From NCBI GenBank assembly GCA_965248265.1, contig CBDFJF010000002.1, positions 1,184,001 to 1,248,000 of the forward strand: DNA of 64,000 nucleotides, written 5' to 3'. Below are positions 1 to 9,919 of the stretch, piece by piece. The first letter of the stretch is position 1. Each line of letters opens with the position of its first letter. Source of the DNA: Candidatus Latescibacterota bacterium. GTDB lineage: Bacteria > Latescibacterota > UBA2968 > UBA8231. Below the pieces are notes generated by a model. That model saw only the letters and a list, made by a program, of their open reading frames with translations, did not search any database and was not told the DNA's origin. A program made the translations under genes and the position numbers.

Positions 1-957
1 AGGTGGCGGTATTCCCGAAACCGGTTTTCGGATCGTCAACCACGGCATCTTCAGCAACGTCGGTGAAGGTACCGTCTCCATCGTTGCGGTACAGCCTGTT
101 TGGTCCGCCGTTGTTGACCACATACAGATCCAGGTCGAGGTCGTTATCGAAATCGCCCCACGCCACCCCACGCGACAGCCCACTGGATCCTACACCGGCG
201 GTGGCACCGACCTCGGTGAAGTCGCCATTCCCGTTATTGCGGTATAGCCTGCTGGGTTGGGGCACAGTACTACCATCATTCTCGAACTCGGAAGCGACAT
301 AGAGGTCCTGATCACCGTCACCGTCGTAGTCCCCCCATGCTGCCCCCAGGCCATGGTCACTGCCTCCTATGCTCGGCCACGTATCGGTGAACGTGCCGTT
401 CCCATTGTTCCGGTAGAGACGACTCGGTGGAGATTCAAAATCTGGACGAACGTTGACGACGAGCAGGTCGAGATCGCCGTCGTTGTCGTAGTCAGCCCAT
501 GCTGCAGCCCTTACGTTGTCAAGATCTCCACTCTGGGCCATTCCCGAAGCCTGTCCCACTTCGGTAAAGGTTCCATCGCCATCGTTGTGGTAAAGCAGTT
601 TTGCAACAGTTTCTGGATCGAGCGATCCCCCGGTCACTGACAAATCGAGATACCCATCGTTGTCGTAGTCTCCCAAACGGCCGTCCATGCAAAGGGGGCA
701 TCCATGATACCCGAGGTGGCTGCAACATCGGTGAAACCGCCAACTGTCGCCTGCCGGTAAAGTCGGTCGGCAGTCCCTCCATTCGTTACGTAGAGGTCCA
801 GATTGCCATCGTTGTCATAGTCTCCCCAGGCAGAGCCACGAGCACTACTATCGTCGGCCACGCCAAGCTCGACCGCTACATCAGTGAACACCTGTGCCTG
901 GAGATCGTGCACTTCGAAAAAGGCCAGTGCAACACCGATCGCTATTGAAATCCGCAT
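1..957 (-). pseudogene. Secreted FG-GAP/VCBS repeat (CRTAC1/ASPIC-UnbV-like) protein with a frameshift near 672-674; runs off the window start
   Basis: Signal peptide MRISIAIGVALAFF..., then WGDYDNDGNLDLYV repeats. After TGGGAGACTAC (one G short of TGG GGA GAC TAC) the repeats continue in another frame: DYDNDGYLDL, WADYDNDGDLDL, WGDYDGDGDQDLY, WGDFDNDLDLDLY. May be a homopolymer sequencing error. Confidence 0.8.
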
Positions 958-986
958 GCCAACGCTCCTAACTATAGAGATGAAGA

Positions 987-2561
987 TTACGACTCAAAGA
1001 CTTGGATACGGCCTGAGTCGTCAGCAATGTAGATCGTACCCTTGGAGTCGACGACGATTGCTCCACCAACAGCCGAGGAGATCTTGAATTGCCCGTCACC
1101 CGATCCGAATTCGCCCCACTGGGTGACGAACCGTGAGAAATCGGTCATCGCTTCAAACACAAGCACCCGTCCCTGCTCTTCCAGTGCCAGCAGCCTCGAA
1201 CGCTGAGGGTCGAAGGCGAGTGCGACCGTGGTCTGGCTCATTCCCCGATCGTGCCCGACACCGCGGTCGATCGCGTCCAGTACTGTAAACAATAGGCCAG
1301 GCGTATCCTCGGTTGTGTTGCCTGACATCAACCGGTTGGCACGGCTATTCGGCAAGGAGAGGAAGATGCGGTCCATGCTGCGATCCACTGTCGCCGGCCC
1401 AACAGAGGCATCCACCACATCCGGAAAGCCGAATATGAACCGTCTCTGTGGCACTTCCTCATTATCTGATCGCAGTTGATAGCGCCATCCTCGGCTGTCG
1501 AACATGACAAGGTCTCCACTACTCACGAGATCCAGTCCGACGGGAGAGGCCCTCGCGGTCGCGATCGTGGTAGTCCACGCCACCTCACCCTGATGATCGA
1601 GTGCCCAGATACGACTTGTGCCATCATCCAGACCCACGGCGGCATAGACCTGTCCCCCGCCCGCTGCCATCTGAACCGTGGATTGCAGATCGGGACGTTC
1701 ACTGCCGGTTGACAGAGAGATGCACTCTGCGTCTGGCAAACAAGCCCAGACTGCGGCCGTCAAAGTCGGGACTCCGAAGCCGCTGGTACTGAGTTCCGAA
1801 ATGGTGGACGAGCCGACGAAGAGATCGTCCAGCTCATCCACGGCGAGTCCTATGGCGTACGGTTGCAGATTCTGTGGCAGTGGTACCACCATGACTTGCT
1901 GCAGTCCGTGGAACATGCCCGACTGCAGATTGCTCCCCACCCCCGTGGCTTCTCCCCAGATGCTGCGGACGTAAACCTGGTAGGTGTATTCGGTGTTCCC
2001 GTCCAAGCTGGTATCGACAAAAGCAGTCGTGCCCACATCCGCGAGTTCCATCACCACTCCCTCCGACAATCCGTCAGCACTTCTGTGGATCTCGTAGGCA
2101 TCAAAACCAGGGCCACCATAGGCAGACCAGAACAGGTCTGCCGAGGCCGAGTCACTGCTGAACGAGACGGCGTCGAGATGAACGGGCGGTAGACTGAACT
2201 CTCTCGCTGTCACTTCCTCCGATGAAACCGTGAACGCCGACTGGTTTTCAGTCAGGACTCGAAAGCTGTATGAAATTTCGGGTTCGAGAGAAGTGAGAAA
2301 CGACGTCTCGGCCGGATCGGTGATGGTGGCGAGTGTATCGACGGAGTCCACTCCAGCCACCTTGCGCAATACGCGATACGATGCGAAAGCCGCTTTCCCT
2401 GAATATGGCGTCCACGTCAGCGTAGCCGTTCCAAGCGTGTCGTTGAGGGCAACTTGGAGTTGTGACGCTGGCGTCAGGTTCGGATCGAAAGGGTTCTCGC
2501 GCTGCGCGTCGTGGCAGGATGCCAGCAGAGCCAGCAGAAGTAGGAGACAGAATGGTGCCAT
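987..2561 (-). CDS. Lipoprotein with fibronectin type III-like domains and C-terminal NHL-type beta-propeller
   Basis: Likely start MAPFCLLLLLALLASC (lipobox LASC), followed by RENPFDP; Fn3-like LxWxxY...YxYxV motifs; C-terminal WGEFGSGDGQF...IVVDSKGTIYIAD. Confidence 0.7.
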   Translation of the reverse strand: MAPFCLLLLLALLASCHDAQRENPFDPNLTPASQLQVALNDTLGTATLTWTPYSGKAAFASYRVLRKVAGVDSVDTLATITDPAETSFLTSLEPEISYSFRVLTENQSAFTVSSEEVTAREFSLPPVHLDAVSFSSDSASADLFWSAYGGPGFDAYEIHRSADGLSEGVVMELADVGTTAFVDTSLDGNTEYTYQVYVRSIWGEATGVGSNLQSGMFHGLQQVMVVPLPQNLQPYAIGLAVDELDDLFVGSSTISELSTSGFGVPTLTAAVWACLPDAECISLSTGSERPDLQSTVQMAAGGGQVYAAVGLDDGTSRIWALDHQGEVAWTTTIATARASPVGLDLVSSGDLVMFDSRGWRYQLRSDNEEVPQRRFIFGFPDVVDASVGPATVDRSMDRIFLSLPNSRANRLMSGNTTEDTPGLLFTVLDAIDRGVGHDRGMSQTTVALAFDPQRSRLLALEEQGRVLVFEAMTDFSRFVTQWGEFGSGDGQFKISSAVGGAIVVDSKGTIYIADDSGRIQVFES

Positions 2562-3023
2562 AGGTAACGGTCCGGCCTGTAGGGGTGGTTGTCTCCGAAC
2601 CGTCCAGAACTTCAGAATCGGCTCGCCGTTCTGTCCGGAATCTTGGACGAAGTCAGCGATCACCAGCGGCGGCGTCGCGACGGAGTGCCGCATACTCCCG
2701 ACAAACCGTGGGCGCGAAGTGCCAGACGACTTGGTGGGGGCACGTGCGACTGGCGAAGGGCTGTTCCAGCCCATTCCATACCGAGTCTTGAGCATGTCTC
2801 GGTTAACGACGCGCGTTAAGCGTATACGGGGAGGTGGCTGGCCGCAAGCCTTCGCGTTGAAGCGATTTAGCCCCGTTAAGAAAGATTGCGAGGGGGCTGA
2901 GGCCGGTTTACCTCGAAAGCATCATCGCTGGCACCGCGGGTGTGGGTTGGGCAGTTAGACTCGCCAGCAAGGCCGACGGCATCTTCCCCGGTGTAACAAC
3001 AGGGTCCTCGCTAAGCAGCTCGT

Positions 3024-4628
3024 CTAGAGCCGGTAGGCGAACAGTTTCGCCTGAAACATCTTCACGCGTATGGCCGCCATCTCACCGACGCGGGAGATAT
3101 CACTGGTTCCTTTCCAGGTGACGACCTGGTCTTCCTCGTCTCCCGTCAGTCGGTCGCACTCCTCGAAGGAGTACCCTGTGAGGGGATTGGCGTCCGGAGC
3201 CAGCATGGTAGGGATCAGCGGCAGTAGCTCGACCTCGATCCAACCGCCCGGTGCGCAGCGGTAGTTGAGGCGCAGTTCGTTCTCCAGGCGAAAGACCGTG
3301 GGAATGGTGAAGCTACCCTCCGAGTCAGCCTGCACGCCGCAAAGACGGTGGGGCCGCCAGCGCGCCCACCGGTTCTGCAGTGGCCCCATCTGCGGGAAAA
3401 GCGCGGGTTGACGTTCCTCTTCAACCGTGTGCAAGACCGAGTGGCCCTGGTACGGGACGGCCCAATGGCCATCGGGGAGCTCCACCAGGCCGTTGCGCCA
3501 CACGTGAATCTGGGCATCCTCGCCACTTCCCGGTGGACCCAGGCCGGCAACGGGCCGGCGCTCCGGCCGGGTCCATACCAGCCCGTCGCGGCTGAAGGCG
3601 ATCTGCAGGTCCACGTGATCGGTGACCTGGTGAAAAACCGGTAGGATCATCGCGTGCAGGTCCTGCCGGCCCGGGTAGGGGAAATAGCACGCCCCGTAGA
3701 AGGAGATGTCCAGCGGATCCTGCGCGTCGGGATGGAGCAGGAGCTTGGCCGCCGGCCAATGGCGGAAATCCTTGGTCCGCGTCAGCCCGACAGCGCGGCG
3801 CACGACCTCGGTCTCGGGGATACCCGCTCCCATGCCCACAGGCTCGTCCGGGGCACAGCCCTGGGGCTGGATGTAGGCGTAATAGCACTTGTTGTCCTCG
3901 TCATACCCGGTGCTGATGCCGCCGTTTACGGAATAGTGGGCGAGGGGTTCTTCGATCCGTGCCCAAGAGAAGAGGTCGGGGGAGGTCCAACCCACCATCC
4001 GACCCTTGAGAACCACCTTGCGACCGCTGTAGGCTGCCCCCTCATACTGTTCGGCGCGCCAGCATTTGTCCGCCTCCACCCCATCCACCTCCTCACCCGA
4101 GTCGCGATCCTTCCAGAACCCTTGTGCCTCCAGGATTTTGAAGCGCTCGGCAGGCGGCGCCGAGGGATCTTCCAGGATGCTGCCGGGAGGTGTCGCGGTC
4201 TTGAGGATGTTGTTATCAGTGGAACCGTTGAACTCCGTCTGATTCAGCGCCGGCCGCTGCCAATGATAGCCGTCACCGCTGGTGGCATAGCAGGAGTGTT
4301 TTCCGGCTTCGTACAGCATGTGAAGTTGTCCGTCTTCATGCCAGAAATAGACAGGGTCCAAACGGTCGCCCGCCTCCCATTCTCGTTTGGGAGTCTGAAA
4401 CAGTTCGCGTCGGTCTGCCTCCTCCACCCGCAACTGCACGCCGATCGGGCCGTCGAACATTTCATAGCGTCCATCCTTCGTGATGCTTCTGTGGCCGGTA
4501 AAGATCTCGGCCACGTCAACCATGGCCATCCACGTACCGGGATTGAATCGCGGTCGCACCCAATCACCGGGGAAGTAACTACCGCGCTCCAGAATCTTCT
4601 GTCGTTGGTCTGTCATTGGCTTATCCAC
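3024..4628 (-). CDS. Uncharacterised GH32/43-like beta-propeller plus beta-sandwich protein
   Basis: 534-aa ORF with YATSGDGYHWQRP..NN, FSRDGLVWTRP and C-terminal IEVEL..GYSFEEC..LTGD..VTWKG; paralogous to 20973 and 46522. Confidence 0.7.
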   Translation of the reverse strand: MDKPMTDQRQKILERGSYFPGDWVRPRFNPGTWMAMVDVAEIFTGHRSITKDGRYEMFDGPIGVQLRVEEADRRELFQTPKREWEAGDRLDPVYFWHEDGQLHMLYEAGKHSCYATSGDGYHWQRPALNQTEFNGSTDNNILKTATPPGSILEDPSAPPAERFKILEAQGFWKDRDSGEEVDGVEADKCWRAEQYEGAAYSGRKVVLKGRMVGWTSPDLFSWARIEEPLAHYSVNGGISTGYDEDNKCYYAYIQPQGCAPDEPVGMGAGIPETEVVRRAVGLTRTKDFRHWPAAKLLLHPDAQDPLDISFYGACYFPYPGRQDLHAMILPVFHQVTDHVDLQIAFSRDGLVWTRPERRPVAGLGPPGSGEDAQIHVWRNGLVELPDGHWAVPYQGHSVLHTVEEERQPALFPQMGPLQNRWARWRPHRLCGVQADSEGSFTIPTVFRLENELRLNYRCAPGGWIEVELLPLIPTMLAPDANPLTGYSFEECDRLTGDEEDQVVTWKGTSDISRVGEMAAIRVKMFQAKLFAYRL

Positions 4629-4634
4629 ACTGAT

Positions 4635-5576
4635 TTACCCACATTGGGCCCATTCTTCGGAAAGTCGGTCGAACCTATCGTGCAGCGCATCGACCGCCGC
4701 CGACGGGATCGGCAGACTGCTGTTGACCATCTCTACGTTCGACTCCAGGTGATGGCGGCGCTCCGTGCCGACGATGGCCACATCGACTTCGTCATGCGCC
4801 AGCACGAATCCCAAGGCCGTCAGGATGCGGTCCTCCGGTTCGGACGGCAGCGGACCTTCAGCCTGCAGCACGCCCGTCCGGCGGAAATACTCCTCCGTGT
4901 AGCTGGGAATGTGCTCATATGGCCTCGGGTCTTTGGGGGCTCCCCACACTGCATTGCCGATCGGCCGCTTGACGATGACGCCCATTCCCTGTTGCTCTGC
5001 CTTGTGGAGGAGTGTGGTGCGAGCTTTCTGGTCTACGAGGTTGAACGAGGTCTGCAGGGTATCGAAGACTCCCGAATCGACCGCCCATTCTGCGTGTTCG
5101 TTGTCGCCCGAGTAACCGATGAATCTGGTTTTGCCGGCCGCTTTCGTCTTCTGCAACGCCTCGATTACCTCGCCGCGCTCCAGCACCTCCACCTTGCAGG
5201 AGTGGAGTTGCAGGATGTCCACGTGGTCCGTCTTCATCCGTTGCAATGAGCGGTCGATGCTTTCATCGATGACCTCGGTAGTCCAGTCTTCTCCCTCTCC
5301 CCGGGGCAGGTAGTGCCCGCACTTGGTGGCGAGGATGAACTCGTCGCGCCGATCCGACACGGCAGCGCCAACCCACTCTTCGCTCAGCGCGTAGCAGGCC
5401 GCCGTATCCAGGAAGTTGATGTTCTGATCGAGCGCGGCATTGAGCACGTCCTGCACCTGCTGCTCGGAACCCTCGGGCACGTTGTAGCCGATTTCGGACA
5501 GGCCGAAGCCAAGTCGACTCACTTCGAGGCCGGTCTTGCCGAGGACTGTCGTCTGCATGATAGGTCTCTCTTTCAT
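4635..5576 (-). CDS. Aldo/keto reductase
   Basis: LGKTGLEVSRLGFG, FLDTAACY, ILATKCG, SLQRMKTDHVDILQLH. Confidence 0.92.
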   Translation of the reverse strand: MKERPIMQTTVLGKTGLEVSRLGFGLSEIGYNVPEGSEQQVQDVLNAALDQNINFLDTAACYALSEEWVGAAVSDRRDEFILATKCGHYLPRGEGEDWTTEVIDESIDRSLQRMKTDHVDILQLHSCKVEVLERGEVIEALQKTKAAGKTRFIGYSGDNEHAEWAVDSGVFDTLQTSFNLVDQKARTTLLHKAEQQGMGVIVKRPIGNAVWGAPKDPRPYEHIPSYTEEYFRRTGVLQAEGPLPSEPEDRILTALGFVLAHDEVDVAIVGTERRHHLESNVEMVNSSLPIPSAAVDALHDRFDRLSEEWAQCG

Positions 5577-5855
5577 TGGATGGATTGAACCGCAGCGCCC
5601 GGAAATATATCACATCTGAACACCGAATCCATCGCCGGAGCGCCAGGTGTCGGACTCGGGCCAGCGGCGCCAGGTGGCTGTGCCCGCCATTGACTGTTGA
5701 TGTCGGCGATGTCGAAGTTCAGTTGAGTGTGAATGACAGTACACCGGTAGTACATCGGCGCAGTGCATCAGGCAGTCATTGAGCCAACATCAGAGAGTGC
5801 CCGAGAGCGCCCGATTTTCGGAAGCTGCTGAATCACGTAAAGAAAGCGAACAATT

Positions 5856-6659
5856 GTGAAGCTCGGCGCATCGACCATTCCGTTCATGCAGGAGCCACTC
5901 ACCAGCGACGTGCTGGCGACTTACAGCGAGGCGGGCATTCAGTCGCTGGAACTGTCCGATTACCACCCGAACTTCTCCTTCTCCGACGCCGGGTTCAGCG
6001 CCTTCCTGAAGCAGGGGTTGCGGGACATGGAGTTCCACCTCAACTCCATCCACATTCACATGATCCATCGCGATCCGGCCAGCGATCTGGCGAGTCTGGA
6101 TCCGACTCATCGAGATAAGGCGCTGGGTGATCACAAGCAGGCTGTTGATCTGGCTGCCGATCTCGGGGGCTGTATTCTGGTGACGCACGACATCGCCATT
6201 CCCGAGCCGGACGCAGAGTTCGGGCTGGAAAAGCGCGCGGCTTTCGTGCAGGGCATGGGGGAGGTAGCCGAGTACGCCGCACCGGCTGGCGTGCGGTTGG
6301 CATTGGAGAACACGGGCAGGAGCGGGTACACCGGCAATCCGGAACGCCTCGTCGCCCTCATGCAAGACCTCGGTGCCCCGAACGTGGGCGTCGTCATCGA
6401 CACCGGTCACCGCAATCTCACCGGCGACCCGGCCGCTGCCCTGCGCACCGTCGGGGACCACCTGATCACACTCCACCTTCACGACAACCATGGCGAGCGC
6501 GACGAGCATCTGTTGCCGGGACGCGGCAATATTGCCTGGGGCGAAGTGGGTGAGGCGCTGAAGGATGTCGGCTATGACGGGGTGTTCATGTACGAGATCA
6601 ACCGGACTGAGGATGTGCGGGAACTGGCGGCAAACGCCGCCTGGGTCCAGGGACTGTGA
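5856..6659 (+). CDS. Sugar phosphate isomerase/epimerase (AP endonuclease 2 TIM barrel)
   Basis: LALEN, DTGH, LHLHDN..DEHLLPGRG, MYE metal-binding motifs. Confidence 0.9.
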   Translation: MKLGASTIPFMQEPLTSDVLATYSEAGIQSLELSDYHPNFSFSDAGFSAFLKQGLRDMEFHLNSIHIHMIHRDPASDLASLDPTHRDKALGDHKQAVDLAADLGGCILVTHDIAIPEPDAEFGLEKRAAFVQGMGEVAEYAAPAGVRLALENTGRSGYTGNPERLVALMQDLGAPNVGVVIDTGHRNLTGDPAAALRTVGDHLITLHLHDNHGERDEHLLPGRGNIAWGEVGEALKDVGYDGVFMYEINRTEDVRELAANAAWVQGL

Positions 6660-6725
6660 GGCATACGGGCCTCACGTTTCGATGCCCGGATCAGGACCAC
6701 CGCCCACTGAGGCGCTGCGGAACCT

Positions 6726-7538
6726 TCATGCTGAAGCGGCGTACTCGCCCCTGGCATTCCAGCCCGGGTACTGCTCCTCCAAACGCGCCAGAGTCTGACT
6801 GTCATAGTAGGAATGCCCCGCGGGAGGAAATCTGAAGAATTCTCGCTGCCTCGCCGTCAGCGAACCGATGAACTTCGCGAAACGCTCTTTCATCCCCAAG
6901 CTGGTATAGCAGAACATCCCCTCCCAGTAGTGGTCGGCGCGCCCGTAGATGCGGGTGACGGAATACCGTTGCCCCTCTTTGCCGTTGAACACGGTCGCTG
7001 AATGCCACAAATGGGCATTGAAGATCATCAGCGTCCCCGCCGGCACCACCAGCAAGACCTTCTTGGTCAAATCCTTGCCGTAGGGCTTGGGAATGATCCG
7101 CATGGGTGCCTGGTCTTCGCTTACTCCCTCGGGAAAGTACCATGAGCTGATCTGCGCGTACCTCTTGTTGTCGCAGGGAGGCAGAAGCGAGTTGTTGACA
7201 TTATCTATGTGCAGCCCCGGCTGTGTCGCCTCCGGGACGGGATACTTGGCCCAATTGTGGGCGTAACGGAAGTGAATATCTTCACTGTCGAGAGCCCGTT
7301 GCACAAAGTCGATGAGGTCCTCATCGACGGTGAGTTGGTTGAACAGCTGCTCGCCGTAGGGAAAGTCGTCGTCCCCGATGCCGCTTTCCGGCGGATCGTC
7401 CTTGATCTCTTCCCAGGGGGGGATGGTCTCGCGTAGCGCGGCGGCAATGCGCGCTCTCTTCTCTTCCTCATAGAAGTTCTCGACGACTACGAATCCCTGT
7501 TCTGCAAATGTATTCAACTGATCATCTGACAGCTTCAT
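6726..7538 (-). CDS. PhyH-like Fe(II)/2-oxoglutarate dioxygenase
   Basis: F.EQGFVVVE N-terminus, LHID, AGTLMIFN..LWHSA, distal Arg. Confidence 0.88.
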   Translation of the reverse strand: MKLSDDQLNTFAEQGFVVVENFYEEEKRARIAAALRETIPPWEEIKDDPPESGIGDDDFPYGEQLFNQLTVDEDLIDFVQRALDSEDIHFRYAHNWAKYPVPEATQPGLHIDNVNNSLLPPCDNKRYAQISSWYFPEGVSEDQAPMRIIPKPYGKDLTKKVLLVVPAGTLMIFNAHLWHSATVFNGKEGQRYSVTRIYGRADHYWEGMFCYTSLGMKERFAKFIGSLTARQREFFRFPPAGHSYYDSQTLARLEEQYPGWNARGEYAASA

Positions 7539-7559
7539 GGGGAACTCCAGTTGTCGCGT

Positions 7560-8444
7560 TCACTCGTCCTTGTGCGGGGGACGATGAGGCGCCGGTTCTT
7601 GCCCGGGGTGCACGAGGGTCGCTCCATCGTCCTCCAGCAGGGGGCGGTCGTACATGTAGGCCGGCTCCAGGACGGCGCGTTGCACATCGGTCAGTTCGCC
7701 CACCCACTCGGGTTGAGTGGTTCCGATGTATTCCTGGTGACAATTGAGGTACTTGGGGCCGTAGCGGTAGAAGAGAGAACGCCGGTTGTGCTCCGCTGTC
7801 CACGGCAGGGCTCCGTGGATGGTAGCTTCGAGAAAGATCGCCATGTCACCTGCTTTGCCGGCGACGTTGTGCACGATGTCTGTGTTGGCGCTGTAGAGCA
7901 TGATATCTTTCGGGCACTTGAAATTCGCCTTGTGACTGCCCGGGATAACGGCCAGCCCGCCGTCTCCGGGATTAATGTCCGCCAGTTGGAACTGGAATAC
8001 GGCCAGCCCTGCGCGTATCTCACCGTTGGCGTAATGGTAGAACTGAGCCCCATCGAAAATTCGGCTGGTGACACCGTGCAAGCCGTGACCGCCCGTGCCT
8101 TTCCTGGCAAAGCTGATAAACGGCAGGTGGTCCATTCGCCAGCCGCGACCGAAGAGGGTATTGAGGTACGGGATGAGTTTCGGATGGGCGATCATGTCGC
8201 GGAAGGGCTGACACCACGGCTGCTCCCAGGTGAGCATTCCCGCGGCATTGCCTTTGCCGAACTGTCCGTCCATGCCGCCGCCATACTGGGAGCCCTCGGG
8301 AAAGAAACCCTCTGCATTCTCATCGACATTGGCATCCACCGCCTGGTTCAGGGCCTGCACTTCCCTGGCAGTCAGGAAGTCTTTTACGTGCAGAAATCCC
8401 TGCAGATCCAGGAGGAACTTCTCGCGCTCGCTCATTTCTATCAT
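7560..8444 (-). CDS. PhyH-like dioxygenase with atypical metal motif (HGV rather than HxD)
   Basis: LDLQGFLHVKD, GGLAVIPGSHK, AGDMAIFLEATIHG, RRSL; start chosen at MIEMSE after a GGGG purine tract. Confidence 0.85.
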   Translation of the reverse strand: MIEMSEREKFLLDLQGFLHVKDFLTAREVQALNQAVDANVDENAEGFFPEGSQYGGGMDGQFGKGNAAGMLTWEQPWCQPFRDMIAHPKLIPYLNTLFGRGWRMDHLPFISFARKGTGGHGLHGVTSRIFDGAQFYHYANGEIRAGLAVFQFQLADINPGDGGLAVIPGSHKANFKCPKDIMLYSANTDIVHNVAGKAGDMAIFLEATIHGALPWTAEHNRRSLFYRYGPKYLNCHQEYIGTTQPEWVGELTDVQRAVLEPAYMYDRPLLEDDGATLVHPGQEPAPHRPPHKDE

Positions 8445-8638
8445 GACCTGTCCCCTATCCAGTTCAACGCCCATACTCGTCAGCTACGGATTCTATCTGA
8501 GTCGCGGCATGCGCACAAGGCACGATCCCATGTCCGAGCGGGTTGAGTCCCATGGATCAGAAAGGTTTAGTATAGAGATCGAGTTGCGCAGTTGGAGGTA
8601 CTCGCAAAGAAGTGACCTGATGTGGGAGGTTTGAAGAG

Positions 8639-9754
8639 ATGAAAAATGCGATATGGCGTGCGTACGTGGGCGGCGGAGCAATCCTCGCTGGCCTGGCGCT
8701 TCCCGTTTCGGCTCTGGCGGAGGGGGAGCAGCTCGTCCTGCAGGGAAAAGAGGCGCAGGTAACTGTCGAGGTGAATGGAGGTGCGATCACCGAGTTCCGC
8801 ATGTCGGGAAACGACGTGAATCCCCTAGACGTCGACTGGTCGGAGGTGGCCACGACCCTGTTCGGGTTCGACCTCATCTATCCCTGGCGGGGGCACTTTG
8901 TGTGTCTCGATCGATTCGGCTACCCGTCCGAACGGGAGCTCGAGAACGGCATGGTGTTCCACGGCGAGGCATCGCAGGTGCAATGGGAGGTCACGGCGCA
9001 ACCAGCGACAGGTGAGGGCGCGGTCGAAGCCCGGATGGCGTGCACGTTGCCGATGGCTGGCCTGGAGTTGCAGCGGACTATGCGCCTGAGTGAGGACGCG
9101 GCGGTGCTGCGCGTACACGAGGCGATCACGAACACGAACGCTCTCGGAAGACTCTACAACAATGTCCAGCACGCGAATATCCAAGCGCCATTTCTCGACG
9201 AAACGGTTATCCTGGACTGCAACGCTACAACGGGTTTTCTGTACCAGGAACCTATTCCCGAAGAGGTCGATACCTTTCGTTGGCCGGTTATCGAGCACAA
9301 AGGAAAAACAATCGACCTGCGGCTTCAGACGGCCAACGCCGACACCTTCGGAGTCTTCCTGGCCGTAGACGAGCAGGCTGAACATGGATGGGTGACGGCG
9401 TGCAACCCCAGCCAGGGATTGATGCTGGGGTACTTGTGGAGCCCGACGGAGTACCCCTGGCTGCTGGTGTTCCGGATGCCGAAGCACGGTCAGCCCGCCT
9501 GGCTGACCTTCGAGCCCTCTACCGGGTACCTCGGGCCCAACAAGCACCTCGTGGCCAGAGGCCGGGTCCTCGATCGCTCGCTCGTCGCCTACATCGACGC
9601 CGGCGAGACCATCAGTACCGACTACACGGCGTTTCTCGCGATGATTCCGGGGGACTACGCGGGTGTAGAGGACGTGCGGTATGAGGACGGCGAGATCGTG
9701 ATCAGAGAGCGCGGGTCCGATGCGTCGAGGGATTTGGGCTGGCGCGTTGACTAG
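8639..9754 (+). CDS. Secreted aldose-1-epimerase/galactose-mutarotase-like fold protein
   Basis: Signal peptide ending ALA; GHFVCLDRFG.PS..E, FHGEAS, NNVQH, FEP motifs; GGAGG RBS. Confidence 0.6.
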   Translation: MKNAIWRAYVGGGAILAGLALPVSALAEGEQLVLQGKEAQVTVEVNGGAITEFRMSGNDVNPLDVDWSEVATTLFGFDLIYPWRGHFVCLDRFGYPSERELENGMVFHGEASQVQWEVTAQPATGEGAVEARMACTLPMAGLELQRTMRLSEDAAVLRVHEAITNTNALGRLYNNVQHANIQAPFLDETVILDCNATTGFLYQEPIPEEVDTFRWPVIEHKGKTIDLRLQTANADTFGVFLAVDEQAEHGWVTACNPSQGLMLGYLWSPTEYPWLLVFRMPKHGQPAWLTFEPSTGYLGPNKHLVARGRVLDRSLVAYIDAGETISTDYTAFLAMIPGDYAGVEDVRYEDGEIVIRERGSDASRDLGWRVD

Positions 9755-9919
9755 TTCAACCACAGGCGGGCCCATCCAGTCTGGTGAGCCCCGAAAAAAA
9801 GGAAGGCCCACTCGACAGGAACCACCCAACCGATCTAGACTATGGTAACGGGTAAGGCCTTGACGCCTGGCCGCCGCCGCGATCTATCGAGCACCTCCGT
9901 CCTTCGGGAAACATAGGCT

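Noticed and set aside
2562-3020. N-terminal extension of the 602-aa ORF or a hidden gene (likewise 5580-5850, 32100-32440, 55490-56140)
   Set aside because: The lipobox signal places the start at 2561; these stretches may be further stubs but I could not assign them.
3654-5249. 531-aa plus-strand ORF (similarly 8825-9829, 10349-11389, 20943-22196, 46501-47496, 49807-51213, 61249-62253)
   Set aside because: Antisense shadows of well-supported genes in GC-rich DNA; no recognisable motifs.
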